The notes: generated from the sequence alone by a model not told the origin. A DNA stretch of 64,000 bases from Octopus bimaculoides (GCF_001194135.2 NC_068982.1:56921524-56985523), one strand, 5' to 3'. Shown: positions 1-13,310, counted from the first letter of the stretch. Translations and numbers: made by a program.

Positions 1-401
1 ACATTAAATTTCGTAACATTTTACCTCATAACTCTTTTTCTACTAATTTTTGTTCAATGCAACTAGCGATTCTGAATTCCTCATGCATTTTGCTATCATT
101 TAAGCCTAAGAAAAGAATACTTTCAATTTGAAATTAAAAAATCTATTGAAGATGAATATCTGCCTTACTGCCCCCCCCCCCTGAAGTTGCAGATATTTTG
201 ATATAACGTTTTTTCTATTGAACCAAATCTCAAACTATTTATGCCAAAGTGTAGCCGAGGAGGTGTCCTCTTTAAAACTATCAACACTTTGCAATTTAGT
301 TGAGAACTGAATTAGTGGTGAAGCTTGGAAGCTGCTGCGATTGACGAAATGGTGAAGTTAAGAATATATTCAACTACTACCGTGGTTGAATGATATATAT
401 T

Positions 402-595
402 ATGTGTGTGTGTTGACAATTAGTGTTGGTTTGTGTACGTCTCCGTAACTTAACAGTTCTGCAAATGAGACCGATAGAATAATTATCAGACTTTAAAAAA
501 ATGCACGGGTTGATGACTATTTGTTCGACTCAACTTTTCAAAGTGGCACCTCAGTGTGACCACAGTCAAATGAGTGAAACAAACAAAAGAAAAAA
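402..595 (+). mobile_element. CORE-type octopus SINE, 3' half, decayed
   Basis: Matches the 3' module of better copies (33473-33884, 63524-64000): gtgtacgtctccgtaacttaacagttctgcaaatgagaccgatagaataa ... cacagtcaaatgagtgaaacaaacaaaag. Confidence 0.75.
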
Positions 596-937
596 TGGTC
601 CTTCAAAGAGAAAAAATTGAAAGGGTATCCAGTCTACATTATGACTAATATGGTTTCTCTGGCTAGTATATAATAAATCAGTTAATTCAGTTTGATCATT
701 TATTTGTCCCCACATTCGCGCTTGGTATTTTTTCTGCTGACTCAGTTTGTATTTTTTGATTAGTACAGTAATTCTTTTAACTATTTCTACTTATTAATTA
801 TTTCCATAGTCATTAAGTCTATTTTAAGTTCTTTCTACCTTTTAGAAATATTTCAATATTTCTCGTATCCAATACCCTTAATTTTATTCTGTTCATTGCA
901 GTCGTGCTGCTTTGGCTGTTAGTATTTTCAAAATCAA

Positions 938-1080
938 CTTTTATCTTTTATTTGTTTCAGTCATTTGAGAGCGGCTATGCTAGAGAACTGCCTTGAAAGC
1001 TTAGTCGAATAAATTGAACTAAATACTTATTGTTTTTAATGTCTGCTACTCTACGGGAAAGTAAAACTAACACCAAGTGA
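938..1080 (-). mobile_element. CORE-type SINE 3' end, decayed
   Basis: ttttatttgtttcagtcatttgagagcggctatgctagag is the reverse complement of the family 3' end. Confidence 0.7.
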
Positions 1081-1087
1081 TAGCAAG

Positions 1088-1241
1088 CGTGACTGTGTTG
1101 TAAGAAGTTTGCTTCTCAACCACATGGTTCTGGGTTCAGTCGCATTGCGTGGCATTTTGGGTATGTGTCTTCTGCTATAGCCTCGGGCTGAGCAATGCCT
1201 TGTGAGTGGATTTGGTAGATGGTAACTGAAATAAGCCAGTC

Positions 1242-1250
<9 letters not shown>
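1088..1250 (+). mobile_element. CORE-type SINE 5' half (tRNA-like head plus CORE-like domain) running into (TA)n
   Basis: aaccacatggttctgggttcagtc (B-box-like), gcattttgggtatgtgtcttc (CORE-like), ggatttggtagatggtaactgaaa. Confidence 0.8.
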
Positions 1251-1273
<23 letters not shown>

Positions 1274-1547
1274 NNNNNNNNNNNNNNNNNNNNNNNNNNN
1301 NNNNNNNNNNNNNNNNNNNNNNNNNNNNNNNNNNNNNNNNNNNNNNNNNNNNNNNNNNNNNNNNNNNNNNNNNNNNNNNNNNNNNNNNNNNNNNNNNNNN
1401 NNNNNNNNNNNNNNNNNNNNNNNNNNNNNNNNNNNNNNNNNNNNNNNNNNNNNNNNNNNNNNNNNNNNNNNNNNNNNNNNNNNNNNNNNNNNNNNNNNNN
1501 NNNNNNNNNNNNNNNNNNNNNNNNNNNNNNNNNNNNNNNNNNNNNNN

Positions 1548-1593
<46 letters not shown>

Positions 1594-1796
1594 GGCTTAT
1601 ATATATACGGCTGGCTTATTTCAGTTACCATCTACCAAATCCACCCACAGTTTCTCGAGACCACAGTTTTCAGGCTTTCAACATGTTATCTGTTTGAAGA
1701 ACGATATACCATTTGTTAATTTGAACTAATATTGCTTCTGTCGCTTATGACACACAGACTCACAAACACAGACACACACATATATATATATATATG

Positions 1797-1953
1797 CCTC
1801 ACTTCTATACAGTCTCTCATTTTCTAACCCACTCACAAGGCTTTGATCATTCAAGGGCTATAGCAGAAGATATTCGCTCAGGGTGCCGTACAGCGGGGCT
1901 GTCACTGAAACTACGTGGTTGCAAAATGAGCTTCTTAACTAAATAACCATGCT
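1797..1953 (-). mobile_element. CORE-type SINE 5' half, decayed
   Basis: cactcacaaggctttgatc...ggctatagcagaaga...cagggtgccg matches the reverse complement of the family head. Confidence 0.65.
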
Positions 1954-2061
1954 GCTCCTATCACTTTTTAAAATTTCTTAAGTTTGTTTTGCTACTTTTG
2001 TCTTCTTAATTGATGATATGAATGTTATGACTTGGCTAGCTTCTGGCTTCATGCTCTTATT

Positions 2062-2280
2062 TGATGGAGCTGTGGTCACACCAAGTTAGTGGTCCCAGAA
2101 ATGTCATCATGCGTAGAGCCGACCAGGACCACCAGTACTCTTCATCGCTGGCCGTCTCGTGGTAGCTCCTTTGCAACCTCCAAGGTGACGTCAAGTCTCT
2201 GGAGATTTTCCCCAATCACCTCCAGCCATCTGGTGCAGGGCCTATTACGAGGCCCCTTCCAACTTGCAACTGCTGCGTCA
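2062..2280 (-). mobile_element. RTE-clade LINE ORF2 C-terminal / 3' end fragment
   Basis: Minus strand translates AVASWKGPRNRPCTRWLEVIGENLQRLDVTLEVAKELPRDGQR*RVLV, resembling the RTE motif WKRPRGRPRTRWLDVI...A.DR..WR.LV (recalled). Confidence 0.7.
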
Positions 2281-4056
2281 AATTTTATATTTATTTATTT
2301 TTTTAATGTTTGTATGTTTCTTTGTAGTTGTTTTGTCTGCTCTCTTTAGCTTGTCGACCTACCGTGTAGATGTTGTATTGTTGGTTTCCGAAAGCTTATA
2401 ATAAATTTGGGATTAATTATTTCTGATCCTCAACAATTGTTCCTGTTATTTAGCCCCGTATTATTGCTAAAGAGTATACCTATCTTCAAAAGCCTTTAAT
2501 CCGTAACCAACCTTTATTATTTGCATACATGTAATTATATTTTGTATGTTACTTATTTTTTTAAGAAGGTAAGTTTTGATTTCAGAGAGATTTAGCTGCT
2601 ATGTCTAACATACCGAGGACTAAGCTCTCTCATTAAACTTGAACAATTTGAAATGAAGGTAATCTACCAAATGCATGGGATTAGAGAATTATCAAATCCA
2701 TAATGTATATTTCGTAGATTCCAGCAGGAGATTCTCCTTATAAATCTTGAGAACATTTACAAAGCAGCATGCTGTTATGTAACTGTCAAATAAACGTTCC
2801 TCTCAGCAAGACAGATATAAAAATGCTCTAAGCTATATACCCCCTCTAAATCTAGGTTTTGTAACTAAGAAATTCAATCTTCCTTTAAACATTTTTTCGT
2901 TTATTCCGCTTTCAATATTGGATGTTCGAACTACAGGTAGCAATAACGTAATGTAATAGAGTTTTACATCCTAAGGAAGATCTAAGAAAATGAAACATAT
3001 GCATATTGCGCATTCGTCAATGCTTTTCGTTTAGCTGGGAACTTGAAATCATGCTAACTTTCGAAATCGGATTCGTACATACGAAAGAAAATAAAAATCC
3101 AAAACAAAACAAAAAACTTACAAAGAAAAACAAAATGTCTTACGTTAATCCAATCAAGTACATAGTATTTAGGCTGTATATAATTGAAGAAACATGGTAC
3201 ATTTGAGTAGTTTGTTGAAGATTTCACACAAAAGAACAATATCGCCGGCAAGACAAGCCCACTCAAATGACTAAAGAGATTTCGCAATGTCTGTACACTA
3301 AAGTAAATGTGAGAATACACACATACACACACACACACACACATACAAACACGTATATATTTATAGATACAGGTATATATACATACATACTTACATGCAT
3401 ATGGCATATTTATATTAATTTGAATAATATTCGAATGTATACAGAAATGTAGTATGCATAAATACATATATACAGGCACAAATATGTAATGATAGGCATA
3501 GTAGGAAGGGAAGAACATTCTAGTTGCAAGTACACTGTCATGATAGACACATTTTCGGATGCTAGGTAGATCAAGCTGCTTGGTTTAATGTTATTTCCCA
3601 GCCAATAGTTGTTTTTACTAGAGTTAACTTTACCGGAAACTCCCGACGGAAAGACTTGTCGAATGCTTACAAGTGAAATAACTTTTTCTCCACTTTATCG
3701 AGTTCACCACAAGTGTTCTCCCAAATATTTTGCAGTAGGTATACGCAGGAATTTCCTAATGTGCAAGTTTTGTTTTTCTTTGCATAATATATGCGCCTCC
3801 TTGCCAGTAACCATCAGTCGACTTTCTTCAATTAAAAAACAAAAGTACAAACCCCAATGTTATCGGGAAAACTTTTTGTAAGCACATTTACTAAACATGC
3901 GCTTGGGCGGACAAACAGCTCAAAAGAAACACTGTCCACCACAATGCATACATACCCCAGGTGCAAAGATATTCCCGGTTGCTTCAAATCGTTCATATGC
4001 ATGAACCAATTTATCTAGATAGCTAGCTAGATCGATAGGTAGCTATTGCGTGCGCG

Positions 4057-4083
4057 TGCACACACACACATAGACACAGACAC

Positions 4084-4147
<64 letters not shown>
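4057..4147. repeat. (CA)n microsatellite
   Basis: Direct observation. Confidence 0.95.
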
Positions 4148-4149
<2 letters not shown>

Positions 4150-4762
4150 CCAAGAAATTAGTTTGTAAAAAATAGACATTTAGAAGACTGATGAATCAGA
4201 TTTATTTACATCAATCAGCAAATTTATCTTAATTATTAATTAATGTCTAAGTACTGAATAAATGCTTCAAATATATTTTGAGGGAATATGTGCATACTAC
4301 TATTTATTCAACTAATCTTGTTCTATGGCAGACTTTCGGACTACGGTAAGTAATGTGATGCAGCCTATAAGTGGACCACGAAAAGAAAAAAAAACAAAAC
4401 AAAACAAAATGGAACTGAACGCATTTCTAGAAATTTCAAGACATTTCTAGAACCTCCATATCGTAACATTGTTTGTGTACGTAATCACAGTGGACATGCT
4501 GAAAAAGATCTGTCTCAAATATACATCTAGTTAGAAATGCAATGAAGCTTTTCATTTAGCCTTTTTATTGATTAATTCTATGATATATAGTATTGATGAT
4601 ATATAAATCTAAATTGACTCAAAAATGTACGAGCCAGTATATACATACATATGCACACATGCAGTATAGACATATTTATTGTATACACGTATGCTTGTGT
4701 ATGTTTGCCTGTGCGCGCATCCGCTTGTTTTCAGCAGGCTTAGTTTTCAAATTAACTTTCAC

Positions 4763-4796
<34 letters not shown>

Positions 4797-4836
4797 TATT
4801 GTCGTTAGCATTATTATTATTATTATTATTATTATT
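4763..4836. repeat. (TTA)n microsatellite with duplicated spacer tttattgtcgttagca
   Basis: Direct observation; the spacer occurs at about 4795 and about 4835. Confidence 0.9.
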
Positions 4837-5861
4837 TATTGTCGTTAGCAGACTACTAATATCGATGGTGCTGCTGCCGTTGTTGTTGTTTTTGACCTTG
4901 TTGCTGTCCTCGTTAGTTACAACTCAATAAATACCATATCATTTCTTTTTCTTTTCTTACCATTTTGGTTTTTTCCTTTTTCCTTTCTCCTCGACAGCAT
5001 TTCAATTAGAAATGTTAATATCTTTGTTACTACTGTTTTATGCCTCATTTAACGTCATCAGCGAACACTGCACGAAAATAGGCCAATGAAACTAAGCGAA
5101 CTTACCGGAAGTTGTGTAACGTCACTGCCTTCAAATCTGCCTCATAAAATGACATATTTTTCCATGAGAGGCACATATGCATGCGTCAGCGATTTGTTCG
5201 TATATTTAAAATGACTGGAAAAAGCCATCAACTTTTTCGGTTTCGTTCGGGTTGGTTTCAGATGCTCAATGAATTTATCATGTATGATACAGGTTTTGCA
5301 ATAGTATATTTATGTGAATATGTGTATACTTCTGTCTTGCGATGTTAAAATGATTGTACATATTTGAGTTAATCCCTTCTCTATGCTTGCCTTTTCCTAA
5401 CTGTCCATGAACATTTGTTTGAATATCTGTTTTGACTTATATGTGCGTACGTGGACCATGCTTTTTTTACTTAAATACTTGAATGCGTGTGTTGAATGTT
5501 ACAAATTGTAAATGAATGAACTGATGGGTGCGTGTGTGTGTGTGTGTGTGTGTGAAGGAGAGAGAGAGAGAGAGAGAGAGTGTGTGTGTGTGTGTGTGTT
5601 TATAGTTGATTACGACGGCTGACATTCCTCACTGCTTCATATTTATATTTTCCTATTTTAACATGCAGATTGCTTCTTAAAAATTTAATTTTGATTTTCG
5701 GATCTTTCTAACTACAATGAAAAGGATTGCTGAAGGAAAATCGTAGTAATGTGACAAAAGCAAATAAAAAGATGCAGTATTCGGTAATGTTTTTATTATT
5801 GTAATACCGCTAACCATTTAGCCCAGCGTGCTAACAACTCCGCTAACTCGCCGTTTTACAT

Positions 5862-6033
5862 AATAATAACAATGGTCTCAAATTTTGCCACAAAGGCAGC
5901 AATTTTGGGGGTAATTAATTTATCGATCCCAAAAGTCGACCTCGGCGGAGCATTTTGCTTGGCGTGGTAAAAACGGACGAAATGCCGTTAAGCATTTTGT
6001 CCGGTGTAGTAACGATTCTGCCAGTTCGCCGCC
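5862..6033 (-). mobile_element. Meta-like tRNA-derived SINE, internally deleted
   Basis: aagtcgacctcggcgg...acggacgaaatgccgttaagcattttgtccggtg...acgattctgccagttcgccgcc. Confidence 0.8.
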
Positions 6034-6039
6034 TTTAAA

Positions 6040-6272
6040 TAATAATAATAATAACAACAATAATAATAATTTCAACACAAAGGCAGCAATTTTGGGGGAG
6101 AGCTTAAGTCAATTACACTGACCCCTTTGTTCAACTGGTACTTATTTTATCGACCCCGAAACGATGAAAGGTAAAGTCGACCTCGGCAGAATTTGAACTC
6201 AGAACGTGCGGACAGACGAAATACCGTTAAGCATTTTGCCCGGTGTGCTAACGGTTCTGCCAGCTCGCGGCC
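6040..6272 (-). mobile_element. Meta-like tRNA-derived SINE, near full length with (TTA)n tail
   Basis: Reverse complement of head ggcggcgagctggcagaa...ttctgagttcaaattc..cgaggtcgactttacctttcatcgtttcggggtcgataaaataagtaccag. Confidence 0.88.
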
Positions 6273-6979
6273 TTTAAATAATAGTAGCAACAACAAGAAC
6301 AACACCAACATCGACATTAAAGAAAAAATGGTAAACGAAAAATATATAATTTGAAAGGGAGTCGAACTGACACTATACGCAGTATTTGAACGAAGCACTT
6401 CGTCGAATAGGTCATGTTGACCTGTTTTGTAGAAATATCTCATAATTCTATCCAGGGAGAGACATTTTATTTCCGTCACATTTTCTACGGATTTTGCCAC
6501 TTGCTGTTTATGTATCAATCAAGCAACTCGTTTTAAGGATGATGTTTCATTAAGCAGGCGTTAATCCGTTTCACACGCACCAATATTCGTTTCTCCAGAG
6601 TACTTATGAATATTTATTAATCTGCAAGTCAAGCGACTTTGATCTGAAACCACCACCAGAAAAGATAGCAGAATTTTTTTGCCAACTCGTGTCTAATAAG
6701 GTGTGGAAAATTATGGTGTAGAATATCAGGATGTGCTGCTGTGTATGTTGGTACTGATGTGAGTATGAAGATGTTTGAGGCGGAGTTATTCTTCATTGAA
6801 ACTGTTGCTAATAGTGATTTGTGATTTCTTAATGAGGCACAAAATGTTTTTGTTTTGAGCTGAAGAGAATAGTTAGACCAGAATAATTGTATTACTCGTA
6901 CGATTAGAATAAAAATCTGTTCCAAATTGTTCTTTCCTGTTTCGCCTCATTTACTTCCATGGCTTACGTGGTTGTTTTC

Positions 6980-7330
6980 TTTTCCTGAGGCCTTCGCCTG
7001 TCATTGATGGCCATGGATCAAGATTCTAGTTTATCCATCTTACTGGAACAGCGTTGTTTGTGGCTGAACAGTCTGATGCGCGAATGACAGTATCTGCCAT
7101 ATAAATCGTACTTGTGAGCAGTCCCGGCGTTGTGTGAACTGTAGCGATGTATTATAACCGGTAACTTTTGCTCCTCATTTTCTCCTCGTGTTGTGTCAAA
7201 GCCATAGTGTCCTCTCCGGTGCGTTGCCCGTTGAGATCCATGCCTGGGAAGTATGGTATGGAGGAAAAGTTGCTGTCCATGCAATACATTTCGTCTCCAC
7301 GTCACATATGGATCCAAAGAAACAGCGCAG
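6980..7330 (-). mobile_element. RTE-clade LINE 3' fragment, decayed
   Basis: Minus strand HKYDLYGRYCHSRIRLFSHKQRCS resembles the RTE C-terminal CCHC finger (CD.CGR.C.SRIGL.SH.R.C); followed by an RTE-like 3' end ccatggccatcaatgacaggcgaaggcct. Confidence 0.65.
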
Positions 7331-8084
7331 CTTCCACAATAAAGCACTAGCGTCGTCGCAGGATTTGTCAGAGCGTGGTTGTAAAAAATGTCGAAACACC
7401 TCATGGCTGGGTAAGGCCGCAAGCGAGCGCAAGTTTGGAATCGAGGATTTCCTCCCATTAAATGACTTCTTATTTTCTGAATTCAAATAAGTTCAGAAGC
7501 TATTTAGCCAGTTTAACTTTCAGGATTCAGCAGAATAGATAACTTGGGATTTATGATTTAGGGAAGTTAATCTTCCCACTAATAAACTGCGATATACACC
7601 TAACATCGAAAAAGCGAGAACATCTTACCTGTCACAGAAATCAGTAGAATTAGCTACCAGATTCTCCTCAAATATTCATCTTATTTTCTTTAACACACAC
7701 ACACATATATTCGATAATGCACTCTGAAAACGTATCTCGACAATATAAGGGAAATGTCGAGGTGAGAGAGCTTTTGAAAATCGGTATGTTTCTTTAAAGT
7801 TGAACTAGAGCTAAATACACCGACAAAAGTAATCATTGAAATAGATTTAATTCCTTATTGTTCCAGGCTTTGGAATATAGGATCAGTTTGTACTTTTTGG
7901 TAGAAGTGCATTCTTAGGAATCTAAGTCAATAAGAAAACGCCTCTTGTTATTGTTGTTGCTGTGTAGCAGCAGAATAACTCTGAATATTGAGAGCTGTGG
8001 TCATAGGCGTTTCGGTCGTCACCATTCACTCTCGAACTAACAGCATCACAATATCCTTCTGTTTTATCACAGTAGTCAATTTAA

Positions 8085-8301
8085 TATTGGTTTCAAACGT
8101 TAGCACAAGGCCAGCAAGTTCGAGGGATGGGGGCAAATCGATTACATCGACCCCAGTATTCAACATTTACTTATTTTATCGACCCTGAAAGGATGAAAAG
8201 CAAAGTCAGCACTGACGGAATTTGAACTCAGAACGTTAGGACGGACGAAATGCCGCTAAGCATTTTTCCCGGCGTGCAAACGTCTCTGCTAGTTCGCTGC
8301 C
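8085..8301 (-). mobile_element. Meta-like SINE
   Basis: atcgaccctgaaaggatgaaaagcaaagtc...ggaatttgaactcagaacg...gacgaaatgccgctaagcatttttcccggcgtgc. Confidence 0.85.
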
Positions 8302-8334
8302 TTAGTAGTTGATTTAATATTAATAATAGTAATA

Positions 8335-8660
8335 ATGATGATTTCTTTATTAGCCATCAGGGCTCGCAAAAAAAAAACGAGGACATTACAAGGAGAGGGT
8401 TACAGAAAGTTAAGGAGTTTTATGTTTAAATAAAAACAAATATGATAATACTAAAATTTCAGCAGGTAAAATTTCCTTAAAGGCGTAGGGAGACTTCTAA
8501 AGACTAGACGTGAAAACACTACAAAGGCACGGTTATTAAGACGAATGAAGTAAGCAACCTCTCTAAGCTCTTCTGAAATACTAAAAGTATGTACTCAGAA
8601 AAGGTGAAAGTTCAACACTTTCATCCGTCTTTCAACGAATTTGCTTGAAGCCAACACTTC
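8335..8660 (-). mobile_element. Probable L1/Tx1-like LINE 3' end
   Basis: Minus strand EVLASSKFVERRMKV, then a UTR ending gagccctgatggctaataaagaaat plus (ATT)n; similar terminus to the remnant at 14480-15415. Confidence 0.4.
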
Positions 8661-8886
8661 CTTAACTTGTCAGTTTCTTTATATATCGTTTCCTTACTAA
8701 CGATATTGGTGCATAATTTGAAGGAGATTTGGTTGGTATTTCGATAGGCCGAGGGACCACTTGCTGGCTTCTCATTTTGTTAGTTCGAACTACAATTATT
8801 GTTATGGTCAGGTATTAGCAAATCTAGTACATTACTGGTAACTATTATGCCTATTCTAGATGTAACAATGACCACTCACACCAGTG

Positions 8887-8919
<33 letters not shown>

Positions 8920-8929
8920 NNNNNNNNNN

Positions 8930-8961
<32 letters not shown>

Positions 8962-9039
8962 GTTTCTCGATCTGAAAAAGACAGCTCTGTAGTTTCTTGC
9001 TGATCATTCTGCACAAATAATTTGTTTATTTGTTTATTT

Positions 9040-9240
9040 GCGCCATACATGAACCTGCTCCCTTCATCAAATCGACATTTCTTGTACTGGTGCACATTTT
9101 ATCACACGTCAAACGTCCAAGTGATCGCAGAACAGCCAGAAATGAACCATTTTGCTCAAGAACACAATGTACCTCCGGTCTGAGAATCGAGCCCACTAGC
9201 TTGCGACTGTGAGTGCAACACCTTAAGTACTAGACCACTC
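9040..9240 (-). mobile_element. tRNA-derived SINE fragment of a third type, decayed
   Basis: ttgctcaagaacacaat...ggtctgagaatcgagccc...cttaagtactagaccac; related to 24205-24325 and to the head at 46920-46998. Confidence 0.55.
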
Positions 9241-9667
9241 GCTCGCAGAGAAAATAGAAATAAAGGACTGACAAAACCAAGTATTTGAATGCATTTAGAG
9301 CACGTCCTGCAGGTTTGATAATATTCAATAGTATTTTATTACGTTGGTGCAAGGCCAAAAATGTTTAAGTAAGATATACAACACGTTTGTTCTTGTATAG
9401 TACATGTGGTGCTTATTTTATCAAAGAGTAGTGATGGGTAAAAATCAGCATTGTCAGATTTTGATCTCAGAAGCTGATGATGATGGTGTTAGGACATAAT
9501 GCAGGGTTTATTCAAAACAATGTGAATAAATAAACATATTTGATACAGTAACCTGAACGCTAAAATGTTAAATACTGAAAGGGAATTTAGTCCGGCGTTT
9601 TGTTTTTGACACTCTACAACCCGCCAACCATTTACAATAATTAACTTCAGCAAATAGATTCAAATCA

Positions 9668-9862
9668 GGGAGCCTTTATATGGTGTCTCGCTGGTGGAAA
9701 TAACAGCCAGCTCGCTTACAAGTTACATCTTACTCTCTTAGGAAAAAGAAAAAGATACTCAGGATAATGTAGTGCTGATTGCACTGATATAGGATGGCTA
9801 TGATTTCAACGCTACTTTTGATCATAAGTCTATTCCATAAGGGTCGATTGGAAGTAAACTAC
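9668..9862 (-). repeat. Unclassified ~200 bp dispersed repeat (family X), near full copy
   Basis: Reverse complement of the motif chain cctatgatcaaag..ccatgaccatc..tacattatcc..gatttgagggagatttggctgctatttctagcag seen about 20 times in the window. Confidence 0.7.
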
Positions 9863-10830
9863 ATCAACGATAACAACAACGGCAGCAGTTACAGTAAATT
9901 GATACCTTTATATATCAAAGCATAATAAAAATCAGAAAAATTGTTATCTCTTAAACAAATCAGAGCAAATTTTGATATGAATAGTGGTTGGAGTGAATGT
10001 CAAATAAATACATCAGTCACTTGACAAGTGACAAGTTAATTAACACAGCTAGGTTTTATCACAGAAGGCGTCAACTTACAGTCATCCTAAGCTGTGTCGC
10101 TCGAAAGAAACATCATTTGGAATTCGAAAAATTCGTAGCTCAAACTATTTCTTCTAATTATATGAAACAAATGACATTCATTGTTTTTCTAATAATTTAT
10201 TTCAATATACAGAAATTTATGAGATTTTGGCAAGAATCTTTTCGGATTTTTCTCCACCGTTATAAAAGTTTCAGATTAGAATTCAATTTTCGGGGCAATA
10301 AACGTTGTTCAAATTGAGTATAATTTCTAATCAAATGCTATTTGAATTGAATATTCTATCAACCGAATGCTTCTCCACTTCTTTCTTTCGTTCGTGACTG
10401 GTTATATTTTTCTTTTGCATTCTTTCTTTCCTTCTTATCACATATGGATTCGTTTATATACAGAAATTCATTATGTGGTGTTATACTTAATTTATTAGTT
10501 TGATTTGATATATGCACGCGCACAAGCACATAGATTATAGGATTTGATTATAATTATATATTCATCCTCCTTATACTTCTTTCTCTCTCTTTCTCTCTTT
10601 CTCTCACTATAGATATATTCACAACACACACGTACTCTCTAATATACAACATATATATATGTGCTTTGATTATATAATTTATGAATAATTTGCCAATACA
10701 CAAGGTTTCGCTGTCTTTATTTTGTGTCCGTCCATTGATATTTCAATTCATTTTTCGTTAATACGTATATCTTAATACACTTGCGCGCGCGCGCACAACA
10801 CACACACAAATATACATACATACATATATA

Positions 10831-10889
<59 letters not shown>

Positions 10890-11377
10890 NNNNNNNNNNN
10901 NNNNNNNNNNNNNNNNNNNNNNNNNNNNNNNNNNNNNNNNNNNNNNNNNNNNNNNNNNNNNNNNNNNNNNNNNNNNNNNNNNNNNNNNNNNNNNNNNNNN
11001 NNNNNNNNNNNNNNNNNNNNNNNNNNNNNNNNNNNNNNNNNNNNNNNNNNNNNNNNNNNNNNNNNNNNNNNNNNNNNNNNNNNNNNNNNNNNNNNNNNNN
11101 NNNNNNNNNNNNNNNNNNNNNNNNNNNNNNNNNNNNNNNNNNNNNNNNNNNNNNNNNNNNNNNNNNNNNNNNNNNNNNNNNNNNNNNNNNNNNNNNNNNN
11201 NNNNNNNNNNNNNNNNNNNNNNNNNNNNNNNNNNNNNNNNNNNNNNNNNNNNNNNNNNNNNNNNNNNNNNNNNNNNNNNNNNNNNNNNNNNNNNNNNNNN
11301 NNNNNNNNNNNNNNNNNNNNNNNNNNNNNNNNNNNNNNNNNNNNNNNNNNNNNNNNNNNNNNNNNNNNNNNNCATAC

Positions 11378-11686
11378 ATGATGATGGCCGTCCACTCGTG
11401 ACCGAGGAAGACCATTGCCGACCTTCAGGAACATTGTGCGCTCTAGGACTAACTTATATTTTGCATTTGCGGCTCCGTTGGTGGCTAATGAGCCCTGCTC
11501 TTGACAAGCATACACGACTGCAAACATTGCAGATTAAGCTTTCCCCATTCACTATTTGAGCCGTGCGCTTTCGCGCAGCTCGCTTATGTTCTTCATGCTG
11601 GATACGTGCTCTCTCAAAAGTGTCGATCCCCTCCTTAACCTGCTTCCTCCATCCGTGGCGATGACAGGCATTGTTCTCCCAGTCAT
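11378..11686 (-). mobile_element. RTE-clade LINE 3' end (5'-truncated), relatively intact
   Basis: ORF 11454-11702 minus: WENNACHRHGWRKQVKEGIDTFERARIQHEEHKRAARK...CNVCSRVCLSRAGLISHQRS, an RTE C-terminal CCHC finger; short 3' UTR ending in (CAT)n. Confidence 0.85.
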
Positions 11687-12470
11687 ACATACATACATAC
11701 ATACATACGTCCTTTCATCCTCTGTCAACTTGAATAAGGGCTATGCATTATTCTGGATAGACAAGAATAGCATACCAAATACTGAAGCAGTATAATTCGA
11801 AGAATGTACTGATGATGTTCTGCATGGGCAAAAAGTCGTTGTTTTGTAATTTCGGATGCAAGGATGGAATTGAAAAAAAAATGAAACTAATAGAGTGATG
11901 TCCAAAGACTTGATTCCAACGATGTGAGATGAAGTAAAAGACTAAGGGTGAAAACGTGGGACCAAAATCAATTGAATTGTTTCTTGTACAGTAATTAAAT
12001 AAATGGTAAATCGGAAAAGGGAACGGGAAGATGTTAGCAAGGATGCTGGAAGCAATAGAAAATAAAGAGTCTGTAATAGAAAACGCAAATAATTCAAAGA
12101 TTTAAAAATATACAAAGAACGGTAACAGAAAAATAACCTGAGGAGCGACAGGACATATTAACATGTCACACCAAATATTTATTATTTCAAAGAAAAAAAT
12201 AATTTTTTTTTTTGTTTACATAAAACTGGTTTATAAATTTTAAAGTTTACCCGAAACTCATTAAGAGTGACTTATTGACCGATCCCTGAAATCGGTGTTT
12301 ATAATTTACAATTTGCAAAATTCTTTGATCAGAGTTATTGTGACGCGAAGAAAACCTGCATATAGATACGGAGAGGAACGAGCGTGAGACGTAATTTTAA
12401 TCGAAAGATAAATGGATGGAGTGACAGGAATAAGTTGTGAAAGGATACAATAGACAAAATAAATATATAT

Positions 12471-12505
<35 letters not shown>

Positions 12506-12612
12506 AAGGGAGAGAGAGATAGAGAGAGAGAGNNNNNNNNNNNNNNNNNNNNNNNNNNNNNNNNNNNNNNNNNNNNNNNNNNNNNNNNNNNNNNNNNNNN
12601 NNNNNNNNNNNN

Positions 12613-12652
<40 letters not shown>

Positions 12653-13128
12653 TTAGAAGCAATGGGAATGATTTCATTTGATCAGATGACAAAAAACATT
12701 GGAGAGAGTTCGGCGACCCTGTGCGCTCACTTCGACATTGATCGTTTATTCTATCAGTCTCAGGCGGCAGTCTTCTTTAAACAAAAAAGAAGGATAGCCA
12801 TAATATACTAGAATTATAAAACAAATATTAAAAAATAAACAATCGAAGATAATATAAAGCAAAATATCAAAATTTTCAAACAACCAAATTAGCCTCTTCG
12901 GTTTGTGTGTGTGTGTGCGCGCGCGCACGTGTGTGCGTGCATGCGTGTGTGTGTGTGTGTGTGTGCGTGTGCGTGTATGTGTGCGTGTGGGGGGTAAATC
13001 ACTGTGTAGATACAGTGATTTACACCACCCCCACACGCGCACGCGCGCACACACACTGTCGTAGATTATTTTGTGTGTGATTTTGTTATTAAAACAAATA
13101 TAAGAAACCATTGTTATGAACGATTATT

Positions 13129-13310
13129 AGAGCTGGCAGAATATTAGCGGCATTTCTTCTGGTCTTTTTACGTTCTCTGTTCAAGTCCCACCGTGGTCAC
13201 CTTTGCCTTTTATTCCAGCGGGATTGATAAAACGAAGTACCAGTCAAGCACTGAAGTAAGGTGTAATCACCTGACTCCTCCCCTCAAAATTGCTGCCCTT
13301 GAATCTGAAT
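13129..13310 (+). mobile_element. Meta-like SINE, decayed
   Basis: gagctggcagaatattagcggcatttc...gtggtcacctttgccttttattccagcgggattgataaaacgaagtaccag. Confidence 0.75.

Noticed and set aside
1206-1644. Inverted copy of about 40 bp of SINE sequence on both sides of a gap (1206-1250 and 1602-1644)
   Set aside because: Both copies share the same private variants and flank an N-run in (TA)n; most likely a scaffolding or gap-fill artefact, not testable here.
2555-2575. AAG|GTAAGT donor / 3-nt microexon
   Set aside because: Part of a family X repeat copy.
9474-9556. C/D-box-like TGATGA...CTGA
   Set aside because: The C box is part of a (GAT)n run; no terminal stem or recognisable guide.
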